From the NCBI RefSeq assembly GCF_006345805.1, contig NC_042997.1, positions 84,320,001 through 84,384,000 of the forward strand: 64,000 bases of DNA, given 5' to 3'. A program made the position numbers and the translations under genes. Shown one piece after another: positions 41,404-54,360 of this stretch. Source of the DNA: Octopus sinensis (taxonomy: Eukaryota). How positions within the stretch are numbered: position 1 is the first letter of the stretch; the number at the start of each line of letters is the position of its first letter. The notes beneath the pieces are model-generated. The model saw only the letters and a list, made by a program, of their open reading frames with translations, was not told the DNA's origin and did not search any database.

Positions 41404-42549
41404 GTAGGAATGTATAGGACATCATTTCACAAACCGAATATACTGCCTTCATCTTTGTTATCCTCATATGTATGATCCCTGAAGAATTCTAAACCATAAA
41501 ATTAACTGGAACATCATTTCATACGTTCAAGCAAAAGTGTATAATAAAATAACCCTTACCAACTATCTTAGGGCCTTTCGAAATCTTTTCCTCCAACTTC
41601 TAAATGTTCAATAGATATTCTGCTCTAATTTCGTCCAACAAGCAGAGAATTTTCCCACCCATTATCTTTACAAACAGTTAAACTACACAATTCCAAGCTT
41701 CCTTAGGCCTCAACCTTTGTGTATTTCCTTTTTTAAACATATGAACTCTAAATATGTAATCCAATAAATATCGTTATGTCTTTGTATATTCTTACGTCTC
41801 TATATATCTTATTACTCCTCTTTGCTCGTGGGATTACATGCATTTTCAATATTTAATATATTGATATGAGCGATTATGAACATTCCAGTAAAATGTCCGT
41901 AGTTGTTGATGAGCTGCCCGCCTGATTGAAGTATTACGTCGTTGTAACGTATTTGTGGAGCACTTACCGTTATGTATATTTATATGTGTGCATATCCGTA
42001 TGTTAGTATATGCAGACCTTCCTAGCTCGATGTAATTTAAATTAAAAGTTTATGCTAAAGCTACTATCTTTCCTTAATATAACTCAATTCCATTCAGAAT
42101 AGGACATTACGAATGAGAACCAAGCAGTAGTAACCAACATGTCTACTCATATAACTACTAATATAGCCGGCTGACAACAGGATCAAATACAATAACGTTT
42201 AAATGTAGCTCCTATAATAATTATTTAGCCGTACCACCATCACATTTTTAATCGCACTGCACGAATCATTCAACTATAATAGCTATAGAATAAACCTTAC
42301 CCATTTAAAAGCTGGGAAAATAAGTTAACTGCATTAATCTTAACAGCCAAATCGATACAATATATTTTAGACATAAATTGTTAACATATTACACCCAACT
42401 ATTCATAAACTTCCTACATTCAACACTATGTAGATTTTGGTGACATTCCATTTACTAGATTATTATGGTTCGATCAACTTTATATATTCTATTTCCCACC
42501 TCCCAAATAAACGATGTGATCATTAAAGGAAATGGAAGTTAGATTATAT

Positions 42550-42800
42550 ATCACGTGATCACCGAACAGACTATCAGATGTTGTTACACATCGCTGGAGA
42601 CAATGCGCTTTACATCGTTTTAGCCTTCGACGATGCTACTCCGCTGACTAGGCAGACTAACATTCCACCTCATCCTCCAATCGAAAGTGGGACTGGAGCA
42701 ACACCCAAGAACACTGATCTCGGAATAGAAGTCCGAGAATCGAATTCTCGATCTAGCAATCGTGAGTGCAACAGCTCAACCACTAGGCCACGCACCTTCA
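42550..42800 (-). mobile_element. SINE with tRNA-derived head plus family F body
   Basis: Minus head tgaaggtgcgTGGCCTAGTGGttgagc..GAATTCGATTCTc (A and B boxes). Confidence 0.75.
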
Positions 42801-43809
42801 CAGATTATATATATCTATGTATGCGTGACAGAAGTAAATAGACAATTCATAAAACATTGGTTTATGTTTATTTAACTTAAAAAGGTATATATTTTTTTAC
42901 TAATGGACATTTTTATGTTTCAGGTTCTATATGTGACTGTTAAATCATGCCGCGTACAAAAGAAGCCCTGGAACTGTCCAAATTTCAAAGAGGCCGTATT
43001 GTGAGGCAAAAATGTTTTAAAAGGTCCTTCTAACAGCCTTTTATCAACTGATTAAAAAAAATCCCCATACGTTTTGTAAACGTCTGACGATGTTTTAATT
43101 AAAAGTCTGTCCTTGGGGGTTTTGAGGATGAAATCCTCAAATTCCTTTCCATCTGTCTCTTTTTTGCTTTTGCTTTGACTTACAAAATCCATAAATTCAC
43201 TGTTGCACTTGTTTACAACTGTAAAATTGATGGATACATTTCGTCTACAGTCTGATGACTATTGTTGTTTTTGAAGTTCTGTAATTGGTTGTTTTTGTGT
43301 TTCTGTGATTTCATGTTATTGATGCTGTTGCTGTTTTTGAAGTTTTGCAGTTGTGGTTTCAGAATATGTTTTTGCTGATTCCTCGGAGTAGATCTATGTA
43401 CTCTCCTTCTGTTTCGCCTCCCCACTTCGGTCAGTGTGATCCATTGATTGTTCAGCTCTTCTTTCTTCATGTCATTGCAGCTGATGTTGGTTTGGGAGGT
43501 CGAGCATTTAGAAGCTTGCTTTTCCGTGGCAACTGGACGTAGACTCCTTCTTTGTCTTGGTTTGGAGTGGGTGTGTTCATGATTTTGCAATTGTGATGCT
43601 TGTAGTGTTGGCAGCAATGGGAGTTTATCTTTTCTTGTTTCAGGGCTGAAAGCCTTTAAATGAGTTACAGATCCACATATGTGACATCTTGGCTTTCTCC
43701 CCTCCACTAACATCGACAGTTGAGTACCATCCGGGAGGTCGATTAGATCAGGCAGTTGATCGATATTGTCTTACTTAGATTGTAAATTCAGTTCCGTACC
43801 TATACCAGA

Positions 43810-43967
43810 CCATTATTTACATTATTCATATTATTTACATTCGACAGATATTTGTCCTCATCTTGTTTGTTGTTAGCACAACGTTTCGGCTGATATACCT
43901 TCCAGGCTTCTTCAGGTGTCTTGGGGAAATTTCGAACCTGGGTTCTCATTCCTAAGGTATTCTTCGA

Positions 43968-44055
<88 letters not shown>

Positions 44056-44070
44056 GTTATTATTATTCAG
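43810..44070 (-). mobile_element. Short repeat with (AAT)n end and hammerhead-like motif, probably Penelope-derived
   Basis: It interrupts the Tx1 ORF1 and carries CTGAAGA..GAAACGTT on the minus strand. Confidence 0.55.
43876..43920 (-). ncRNA. Minimal type I hammerhead ribozyme-like motif
   Basis: Minus strand reads ga-CAC-CTGAAGA-A-GCCTG(gaaggtatat)CAGCC-GAAAC-GTT-GTG-c. The core is intact, stem I is 3 bp and stem II has one C-C mismatch. Confidence 0.6.
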
Positions 44071-44611
44071 GTCACTGCTAAATATAGAACTCTATAGCAG
44101 ACCAGTTTTGCTTAGGTATTTTTGACCTCTAATATTGTCATTTCGTCTTCTTCTAGACCTGCTAGGACGGCCGCCACTTACCAGGTGATGGATATTTCTG
44201 GTGGCACATTCAATACCCTAATCTTGGCAAAACGTTGACCGCGGTAGCTGGGGATTAAGAAGTTATCATTCTTTAAAGTGATCGCGGAATGACACCTGGC
44301 TTCTTCCGTACCAAATCTCAACTCAATAGTTCCAGATTTCTTTCCTCAGGTGATATGGGTCTTTTGTTTCCACTCGCTCCCGAGGCATTTTTGTATTTCG
44401 CTCTCTGGAGCATTTCCCACCCGCCGAGACTTAACTCGGATGCAACGGTATGCCACCGTGCATCTCAAAATGTTCACTATCACGTGGGATGGAGGGTTTA
44501 GAATCACTCATCTCCCATTCGTTTTCACAATTTTCCATGCCATTTAAAAAATATTCTTCATCTATGCGGAAACACAAATGAAGCGGAATCAATGTTCACG
44601 TTTTTATAATT

Positions 44612-45290
44612 TACTAGCAGTATAACCCGGCGTTGCCCGGGATTAAGTTACGATTATTAAACTAATCAAGTTCTTTATTTCAAACCAAACTAAGTAATAT
44701 CGACTCTCAACAAAACACTTTTTTACTCGGTGTAAAATAAAAACAAAACTCTTTCGCACCCAAAGTAATGTGTGTGAGAGAGAGAGAGAGGGGAGAAAGA
44801 TGAACGATTTAAAATAAATAAATGATTTAAAATAAATATATTGCAATTCAAAATCAAAAATCATACTATGACTATAAAATATAGTGTCTTTCAAAAACAT
44901 CCTGAATTTGAACACTATATCTCGTGTTTAAGAAAAAAAAGCATCTTACATTTTATTTTTATGAACGTCGTCACTTACTCTCTCCCTCTCTCACTTTGTC
45001 TTTCCCGTGAAACTCTCTGCCTCCTTCTTCCACTTTTCTTTATCTTATTTTTTTTGTTAGACGCCGTCAAAAAGTTATGGCTGATATTTTTCATGGCTAA
45101 AAGCTATGGCTGAAAATAGAATTTTACCGCTATTCGCGGATGCCTCGGGAAAAAATAAGTTGACAAAACCCAGATAGGATGTTGACGAATGTCCTCCTAA
45201 AATTTGAGCGACATGCGTGCTAATTTGTGGATGTGCATACATTACAATCACGTACACACACACACACACACACAAACACACACACGCACA
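44612..45290 (+). mobile_element. HINE/Helitron-like non-autonomous element
   Basis: Starts tactagcagtataacccggcgttgcccggg (5' hairpin) and ends ctcctaaaatttgagcg..ttgtggatgtgcatac..(CA)n. Confidence 0.5.
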
Positions 45291-45799
45291 CACATCATGC
45301 CTTTTATAGATATGATTTCTTCCATATTGTTGTTGTTATTGTTGCTGTTGTTGCTGTCACTGCTGCTGCGGTTGCTGTTGTTATTGTCAATACCAATACT
45401 TTTGACGTTGCGTTGAGACAAGACAGTATTCGCCTCGGTGACGTCATTCAGTTTAGGCCATTCGATATTCTTGTTCTCACTTTTTTCCCGACGAGGAGCG
45501 CGTTCCTTTTCCGAACATTATGATGACTACTTTATCGGCCATCTTCAAATAATTAAAGAAAATTGCAAAATATTTGCTTTTGCCGAAAGTATTTAAAATT
45601 AAAAGTCACTGGTGTGCACCCCTTGCAAGGCAGGTGTGTTTCTACATAGAAATACTATCCGCGCAGTCCAGACAATCTCAGAATTGCAATGGTAACAATA
45701 AAAAGGAAGACACGGAGTCTTAGAAGGCCGAAAAGATTACGAACACTTTTATCAAATTACGGAGCTCCAAATTTCCGTGACTTTACAGTATGGCGGCCA

Positions 45800-45800
45800 A

Positions 45801-45874
<74 letters not shown>

Positions 45875-45980
45875 TGCTGATGATGATGATGAGGAGGATG
45901 ATGATGATGATGATGATGGTGATGATGAAGATGATAATGATAATAATAACAACAACAACAACAAAAATAATAATAATTAT
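45800..45980. repeat. Compound (AAT)/(GAT)/(AAC) repeat
   Basis: Directly visible; it is the source of ORFs 45752-46071. Confidence 0.95.
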
Positions 45981-46352
45981 AGCCAAGGTAAAAATAAGCT
46001 ACGTACTAATTAATCCATCAAGCCCATTTGATTCCAAGATTGTAAAGATGACGAAAAGCAAAAAGATATAATCCCTTAAAATTTGAAATTGCAAGAATTT
46101 GGCGTATGAAAACCGTAAGAGTTGTGCCTGTAATAATTGGTGCATTGGGTACCGTAAGTAAAGATATAGACAAATAGTTGAAGGAAATTGGAATAGAATG
46201 TCCTGTAGAGTTCTTAGAGTGGAAAGATTATCAGGAAGGTCTTAAGTACTAGAAGTCTATTGAAAGCTTCTGGATACCTAAGGTTACGGGTACTAACCGC
46301 TACCCATTTAAATTCTACCAGGTATAAGAATGTATCTGAGTCAAATCAAAAC
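45980..46352 (+). mobile_element. R4/Dong-like REL-LINE 3' end between (AAT)n tracts
   Basis: YVLINPSSPFDSKIVK, PLKFEIARIWRMKTVRVVPVIIGALGTVSKDID. Confidence 0.85.
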
Positions 46353-46402
<50 letters not shown>

Positions 46403-46405
<3 letters not shown>

Positions 46406-46720
46406 GGTAAGTTGCATGGCTTAGTAGTTAGAGTATTCGGCTCGCGATCTTGAGGTCATGAGTTCGATTCCCGACGATGCGTTGTATCCTGAGCAAGAAA
46501 CTTTATTTCACGTTGCCACTCAGTTGGCAAAACGAGTAGTATTTGTATTTCAAGGGCCAGCCTTGTCACATTCTGTCTCACGCTGACTCACCCTGAGAAC
46601 TACACTAAGGGTATACGTGTCTGTGGAGTGCTCAGCCACATGCACGTTAATCTCACGAGCAGGATATTCCGTTGACCGAATCAACAGGAACCTCGTCGTC
46701 GTAACCGACGGAGTATCAGT
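46403..46720 (+). mobile_element. SINE family D with tRNA-derived head
   Basis: A box TGGCTTAGTAGTT and B box GAGTTCGATTCCC; no full cloverleaf; (AAT)n on both sides. Confidence 0.8.
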
Positions 46721-46724
46721 TAAA

Positions 46725-46780
<56 letters not shown>

Positions 46781-46993
46781 TAATAATTAACACTTCTCTA
46801 TGATATCTGCTAGCAATTTTGTTTAAAAGTAGTATCCCTAGTTAGTTATTTAACTAAGATTCTATAGTGACTATAGAAAATAGTATGTGTTTAAATAGAA
46901 GTCTAAATGTTTATTTTGAATTCCCCCTTTTCAAAACATTTATTTACAAAAGAATAAAACTTATTACAAACAGAAATCAGTCGAATGCTTTCG

Positions 46994-47058
<65 letters not shown>

Positions 47059-47564
47059 ATATTATATATATAATGTATGTATGTATTTATATTTATATAT
47101 AAATGTTCAACCATATACAATTTCTATAGGAAATAACCAGTTAGTTTTATTTACTTATAGATTTAAATAGTTATTTCCTACACAATTTGTATATGGTTGA
47201 ATATTTATTACGATTAAGATGAACTGACATATTTTGTAATAACTTTTTTTTCTTTCATAAATATTTTGTAATGGGGGAATTCACGATGTACACACTTGGT
47301 TTCATTCACTGAAGCAGGTATTATGTTCTATAGAATACAGGCAATATATTAACATATACTGAATCAGTAAAGTTTGATATTTTTTTCTCTGCTGGAGACT
47401 TTTTGTTGATGTAGAAGATTAGATATAGACACCGTTTACGAGAATAGGCCACTCGGTATGTTATCTTAAGATATATTTATACACGTTTTCTTTTTAATAG
47501 CATTGACTAACTATTAACAATACAAGCATACATACATACATACATACATACATACATACATACA

Positions 47565-47600
<36 letters not shown>

Positions 47601-47716
47601 TATTTGAATGTATGTCTGTGTTTTTGTACAACATACATTCATAGAGATAATAATAAAAATAAACACGATTAAGTTTAATATACAAATACACACACACACA
47701 TACACAGACATGTGTG

Positions 47717-47809
<93 letters not shown>

Positions 47810-48157
47810 GGAAAGAGAGAGAGAAAGAGAAAGAAAGAGAGAAAGACTGAAAATTTTCAGAAGATGAAAACTCATCTATAAGCATATAGAGATTCTGATA
47901 TTTACAGAAGAAATTTACATTGAGTACAAGAAATACAGAAAACTAAGGGGAGAGGGCATTCTGTTTCAGGTCCGCCAGCTGTTTGTGGCGGTTCGGAGTT
48001 ACGTAATAGTTGTAATGTTGGCAGATGGAATGTGCAGAAAATTAAAGGTATGCGGCCAGTAGTGGATGCATATAAACATTACCGTAAAGCCGACTACCGT
48101 CTTCAGGGTGGTGGCATTGGCAACAAGCCTGTTGACTCTACTTCGAATATGCATATA

Positions 48158-48325
<168 letters not shown>

Positions 48326-48327
48326 CA

Positions 48328-48482
48328 CGTGTGGCTCTGTATTAAGAGGCTTGCTTACCAACCACATAGTTCTGGGTTCAGTCGTACAACCTGACACCTT
48401 GGAGCAATTGTCTTCTTCTATGGCCTCGGGCTGACCAAAGTTTTTGGAGTGGATTTGATAGACGGAAATTGAAAGAAGCTCG

Positions 48483-48487
<5 letters not shown>
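48328..48487 (+). mobile_element. SINE family A, 5' half
   Basis: gtggctctgtattaagaggcttgcttaccaaccacatagttctgggttcagtc..gagtggatttgatagacggaaattgaaagaagc. Confidence 0.8.
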
Positions 48488-48530
<43 letters not shown>

Positions 48531-49012
48531 TACTCAAAGAATTTGTAACTTTAACTGATTTTCACGTTTTATTTACAATCATAATATAATATAATATAAT
48601 ATAATATAATATAATGAAATGATAGAATATCAAATATCCATTCGGATTGAACTAGTACTTTCATGCATTAACCTACTATATTTGAAGATAGATATATGTC
48701 CAGTCATAGAATGACCAATTGTCCCGCATCCATAAAACTTTCAAGAAGTTTATAAAAAGAATGCCGCACAGGAGCAGTGCACCTTCGTTGTCTAATAATG
48801 AACACGCTTATAAACCTGCTGACATTAGTGGCTAAACTAGAATGGATAGAGCAATTTGCATATTTAACACTTTTTTGGTAGCTGGTTTGAATATTAAATT
48901 GCTAACGTGTTAACTGTATTTCGCCACATTGCTACGATTTACTATAAAAGGTAAACGTACATTTTTTAACCAACACTGTCTTACAGCAGATAAAACATTA
49001 TGTGTATATATA

Positions 49013-49070
<58 letters not shown>

Positions 49071-49470
49071 CATATATATATACAATATGATTTCACACTG
49101 AAAATAAATAGCAGCTATATGAGCCGTACATTTCAACTCTGCTTGGAGTCTCGTCAGCAGCTGCCAAGAAAGTGATAAATATGCAAATTATTCTATCCAG
49201 TATTTCTTTTGCCACTAATATCAGCGTGTTTACAAGCTGTCTGTTCGTGGATAGTTAAGAACAGTACACAACCGATGACGAGACGTCAGAGTTGTAATAT
49301 GCAGCATAAATAGCCGTTCTTTCTTTTCGTTTCCTATGCGTACTTTGTGTACAGACTGTGTATACATACCGCGTGTACATATATGTGTATACATATTATG
49401 TATACAAGCGTAATGTTTGTATTCGTTGTAACATACAGTGTTGACTAAAAATCAATAGACTTGTTTCAAG

Positions 49471-50290
49471 CAGCGATCCCAAACTGTTTTTTCAACAGAC
49501 CGGTTTCACACAAGACAGTTTTTTTACGAACCGTAGGATCACGCATGTTAAAAAGCCCAATAAATGACATATGGAATTTAATTATTAGATCTTTACATAG
49601 GTACGTAGACACACACACACACATACACACACATACACACACACACACAAACTCACACACACAGACAGAACAAAAATTAGTTGAAGTTCACTACAGCTGT
49701 TTCAGACGTGCTTTTGTAGATGAATGCACCGATTACATCATGAAAAGAACCGTCTTCAGGTGTATGAAAAATTTAAAACCTAAAAGTTTGGTTCAGAGAA
49801 AATATCAATATATGGGATCTGTGATGACCCTCTCATTTTGGCAACAAGTGAGAGAATGAGTCTTAAGTTTTAAACATTAATTCACCCGAAGAAGAAGTTT
49901 ATTCTTCAGGTTGTAATCAGTGTATTCATCCACAAGTAAACACGTCTGTAACAGGTGTAGTAAACTTAACGCATTTGTGTTCTTTATTTATGTAAACACT
50001 ACACCTGGAACTTTCCTTACGTTGGATCTGGAATTCACAGTTGATCGTGAAACTACATGCCGGCATGCATATGTATAATATTATATACATGTATATTTAT
50101 ATGAATGTGTATATTAATTTCGTCATGTGTATCTATATGTTAGTATTAGGAGATGTATATACAATGATATATGCGTGAATGTCTATATACGCTATTTGCA
50201 CGGAAATGTTAAACATCTGTGACTTAGTATCATTAAAATACCTTGATTCAAATGAATCCTACAAATATATATATATATATGTGTGTGTGT

Positions 50291-50348
<58 letters not shown>

Positions 50349-50359
50349 GCGTGCGTACG

Positions 50360-50392
<33 letters not shown>

Positions 50393-50509
50393 ATTATATA
50401 AAAACACCTTGAAGATTGCAAAAGTTAATAAAATAGAAGTGAAATATAATTATTCTTTCTCTGCAACCCGGTAACAAATGATCCACGATTCGGTAGTTGG
50501 GGACCCCTG
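49471..50509. mobile_element. hAT (Charlie-type) MITE
   Basis: Termini cagcgatcccaaac... and ...gttggggacccctg resemble the Charlie TIR CAGGGGTCCCCAAC; no transposase inside; TSD not evident. Confidence 0.6.
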
Positions 50510-51160
50510 TTCTATAGCAATAAATAGAAAAGCTGTTAATACACCAATAACTTAATATTCTCACATTTAGGTACTAAAATAAACCTTTCGGCTATTTGAC
50601 ATGCCGTGATTTAAGTACACATCACATGTACACACACACATACTCGTTTAATGCTTGCGTATCCATTTGTGTGAGTCTAATTTTCCTCTAAGCAGTTATA
50701 ATAAAACATGGTGGTTTGTATGTGTTTGTGTGTGTACGTGTGTGTGTCAGTGTGTGTGTTAGAGACAGAGAGGTAGTATGAGTTAAAAGACTTAGATTAT
50801 GAGGGGAACTACAAACATTGTGATGCGGTATCTTATGAGTCAAATATGCGTAGCTAACGGATTAATAAGACTATTGTTAGCTGATTAACAGAGATAATCT
50901 ATTCTATAGTGGGAAAAGAAAAGAAGGAATATATAAACAAAGTTGAATGATACTAGCCCTAAATCTCTCGCTTAAATTCCCTGCAGCCTATTTCTTCTCA
51001 TTGGAATAATTCACTGTGTTATTGCGGTTCATTACTTTACACTATTCAGTGTAAATATCTACTTAAACAACATCGCCTGCGCGCGCGCGCACACACACAC
51101 ACACAAATACACACATGATCCTCGGCTGGAAGGAAACTATTAGCCATTGGGAGGCAATGA

Positions 51161-51345
51161 TTTAGTTAGTTAGTTATTTTTGGCTCAAAAAGCAAAACTC
51201 AAGGCCATGTAGGGGGACATGGAGTTATGTAGAGGGTGGCGTTCATGTAAAGAGTTCAAGCCACTTGTGGTCAAGAGAGACTTTGAACCGAGCGGTCGTC
51301 GGCATCTTCACCATCTCGTCCGGCAGCTTATTCCACGGATCAGGA
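51161..51345 (-). mobile_element. CR1/L2-type LINE 3' end with (TAAC)n tail
   Basis: Minus strand DPWNKLPDEMVKMPTTARFKVSLDHKWLELFT* matches the CR1 ORF2 terminal W-N-x-L-P motif. Confidence 0.85.
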
Positions 51346-51409
51346 GTTGCTACTCTACAATGTATCGTATTCTTTCTCTTTTTAATGTAACCATACAACA
51401 TATACTGTA

Positions 51410-51697
51410 TATATATATATATATATATAAACTGAGAATGTGTATCTGTCTGTATGTATGTATGTCTGCATCACTAAAACTCGAAAAGTACTCAACCGAT
51501 TTCATTAAACTTTTATACATGCCTTACTTAGAGTCCATGCAGTATCATGGGTCTAAAATTTTCAACTTCTTGCCTACTGCGAGTCCGAACCAATCTCTTA
51601 TCTCTCACACTATTTCAGTATTACGCGTCAATTGTGAACCATAATAGTTCATACGTTAAATTTAATGTATGAACTACCATGGTAGATAATTGCTAGT
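51410..51697. mobile_element. HINE/Helitron-like short element, orientation opposite to 35245
   Basis: tgtatgtatgtctg..aagtactcaaccgatttcattaaactt.., ending ..gctagt. Confidence 0.45.
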
Positions 51698-52897
51698 GCT
51701 CCCCCATTTGGAAATGGATCGGACAGACGTAAATTGTGTATTAGGGAATCGTATCTAATTCTGAAATTATTTAATGCTAATATGCTGAACAAATTTTCAG
51801 ACGCGATTCCTTCGTGTTCTATTCTACATAAGTTCTATTCGACATTTTAAAGGACACATAGACTTAGACCTGTATTTGCCGTGAATCTTAGATCATTCTA
51901 TTCAAGCCGGTATATTATCACTTACATATGAACTCTGTAATCTTACTAATAATAAAAAATATACCTATAAGTTCTACTCAAAATTTCTAAGGACATATAT
52001 AATTAGATCCGTTAACTAAATCAATGAAAACTTATCTCATCAATATTTGAATTTTGACTATGAACTTTAGATCCTCCCATTCTTGCCAGTATGCTATCAT
52101 TTGCATATAAGCTTTGAAAATTGATTAAGAAATATAAAAAAAGTTCTCCTCCTTCTTTAATCTATCAAGTTATTACCATGTAGGATTTCATCACGAAGGA
52201 AACAATCCTGATATGGGGAGGGGGGCATCATGTTTCTGTATTTGGAATATCTAAAACGCCATTTATAAATTTATTGTACCCCTGAAACGGCCGTAGATGA
52301 TATCCTTTACCCGAATTCACCCGAATCTGTATATATTTATTTTATCTATCTATTTATCTACCTATGAATTTTTAAATTTTGAACTCCCATCCAACATTTC
52401 GTATAAAAATCAGATTCTTCAACGATTCGAACAGTTCCTTTTGGAAGCCTATACCTCGAATTCTTATCTCTTTATTTGTTACTCCTCCATTCGGTACTTG
52501 AACTCAACGTACATGATGCATAGTTTTCAAATAAAACGTTTACATGTAATTTTATTTCTCTGATTTATAAATTTATATGTATATTTATTTCGTTGTGTGT
52601 TTTAAATTATGCTTTGGAATTTGTATTGATTGCCGAGATTTAGCTCGCAATGAGCACTTCTTAGTACAGTTCATATATTGTGAAGTATATTTAAAGAAAT
52701 ACTTTATGAGAAAATTTAACTTTATGCATATATATGTACACATACACACATACACACACACACATATATTTACGTATATATATATGACCACGTGACCGAC
52801 CAGCTATCTGATGTTGCTACACATCGCTGGTCACAATACGCTTCGTATTGTTTTAGCCTTCAAATAAGCGAGCAGGCCAATATATATATATTTACTA

Positions 52898-52939
<42 letters not shown>

Positions 52940-53339
52940 TATTTATTTTATAGAAGGAGCTTCTACAGGACTAGAACTGTTTCATTCAAAAGAAATCATC
53001 AGGAAGCAATTAGACAAGAGTTGTTTTGGTATTTATACATTTAAGCAGGTTAAAATGGGTGGTGGTGGGGGACTTTTTGGGGGGTAGGCATGGCGCAAAA
53101 CTGTCATTATTAGGGGAGTTTTCAAAGGAATCGGTGGTAAAGTAGATAAAAGAATAAAAAAAAAAAAAAAAAAAATATAAATAGAAAAGTTTTAGTGGGG
53201 AGACTCTCACTTGTACATCTACATATATATATATATATATATATATACATACACATATACACACCCGCCTATTCACATATATCTATACATATACATACAT
53301 ATATATATACATATATATGTATATATACATATATATGCA

Positions 53340-54050
53340 AGTGTCGAGGTTACAAGGAAAATGGAGAAAACTGAGTATCGTGCTGTCATGAAGTACCTTT
53401 ATTTGAAAGACATGAAGATATGGTGAGAACCTTAACAGACAATGCTCCTTCATATTCAACAGTCAAACGCTTGGTTAATGAATTCAAGCGTGACAGAGAG
53501 AGTGTGGAAGATGATCCTAGACCAGGGAGACCTCCAACTGCAAACACCAAGGACAACCTTGACTTTGCCGACTGGGGATTTAAATTGAAAGAGCAGACAA
53601 CATTATGACAAAAGAACTTGCGTTCTCAAAGGGTTCGACAAGCGGGACCCTTGCCTTTTGACTCCTGAACAGAAACGCACCAGGTGCACTTTGTCCACGA
53701 GCAATCTGTAACTGTTTGAAGTCGATGAAGAGAATTTTCTTGCTCGTTTCATTACTATGGTCGAAAGTTGGGTTCATCACTACCAGCCTAAAACCAAAGA
53801 ACAATCAAAGCAGTGGAAGCATACATCTTCTCCTACCCTAAAGAAGGCCAGGGTCATTCCTTCAGCTGGCATGATTATGGCGTCCGTTTTGAGGGATTCT
53901 CAAGGTTTCTTACTGATCGATTACCTTGAAAAGGGTCGCACCGTGACTGGGGTGTATTATTCTCAGCTACTGAAACGCCTCCGAAAAGCAATCGAAGAAA
54001 AAAGGCCGGGAATGCTCACCAGAGGAGTCCTTTTTCAATACAACAGTCCA
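53340..54050 (+). mobile_element. Mariner transposase remnant, 3'-truncated by a LINE end
   Basis: MEKTEYRAVMKYLYLK, APSYSTVKRLVNEFKRDRESVEDDPRPGRP, ESWVHHYQPKTKEQSKQW, SAGMIMASV, LIDYLEKGRTVTGVYY, RPGMLTRGVLFQYNSP. Confidence 0.93.
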
Positions 54051-54360
54051 TCTCTGGAACTGTAAAAATGTAGTCCATCTCTGGAACTGTAAAAATCTGT
54101 AAAACTTTCCAGAAGTTTATCATTAAATATATACGAGCATGTCTAGATATGCAACTCTATGTATGAGAATACATACAACATACATACATACATACATACA
54201 TACATACATACATACATACATACATACATACATACATACATACAAAAATGCCCTGTTGTTGATGTTGACATTCTGATGAAGAAACCTTGGATCTAGGTTA
54301 GAAATCGGTTCTTTCTCTATTGGCAAGAAATCTTGAAATAAACTGAATAATGACATACAT
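54045..54360 (+). mobile_element. 3' end of the (CATA)n-associated REL-LINE family
   Basis: ggaactgtaaaaatctgtaaaactttccagaagtttatcatt.aaatatatacgagcatgtc is near-identical to 40693-40760; continues through (CATA)n into the 3' UTR block shared with 16360. Confidence 0.9.

Larger units (their letters stand above)
43213..44530 (-). mobile_element. L1/Tx1-like ORF1 (gag-like) remnant interrupted by a younger insertion
   Basis: 44530-44110 gives GTIELRFGTEEA..PSYRGQRFAKIRVLNVPPEI; 43713-43213 gives VEGRKPRCHICGSVTHLK (zinc knuckle). Split by the 43810-44070 insert. Confidence 0.7.

Noticed and set aside
46403-46480. tRNA gene candidate (also 42730-42800 and the SINE A heads)
   Set aside because: A and B boxes are present, but there is no complete acceptor or anticodon stem and each continues into a SINE body.
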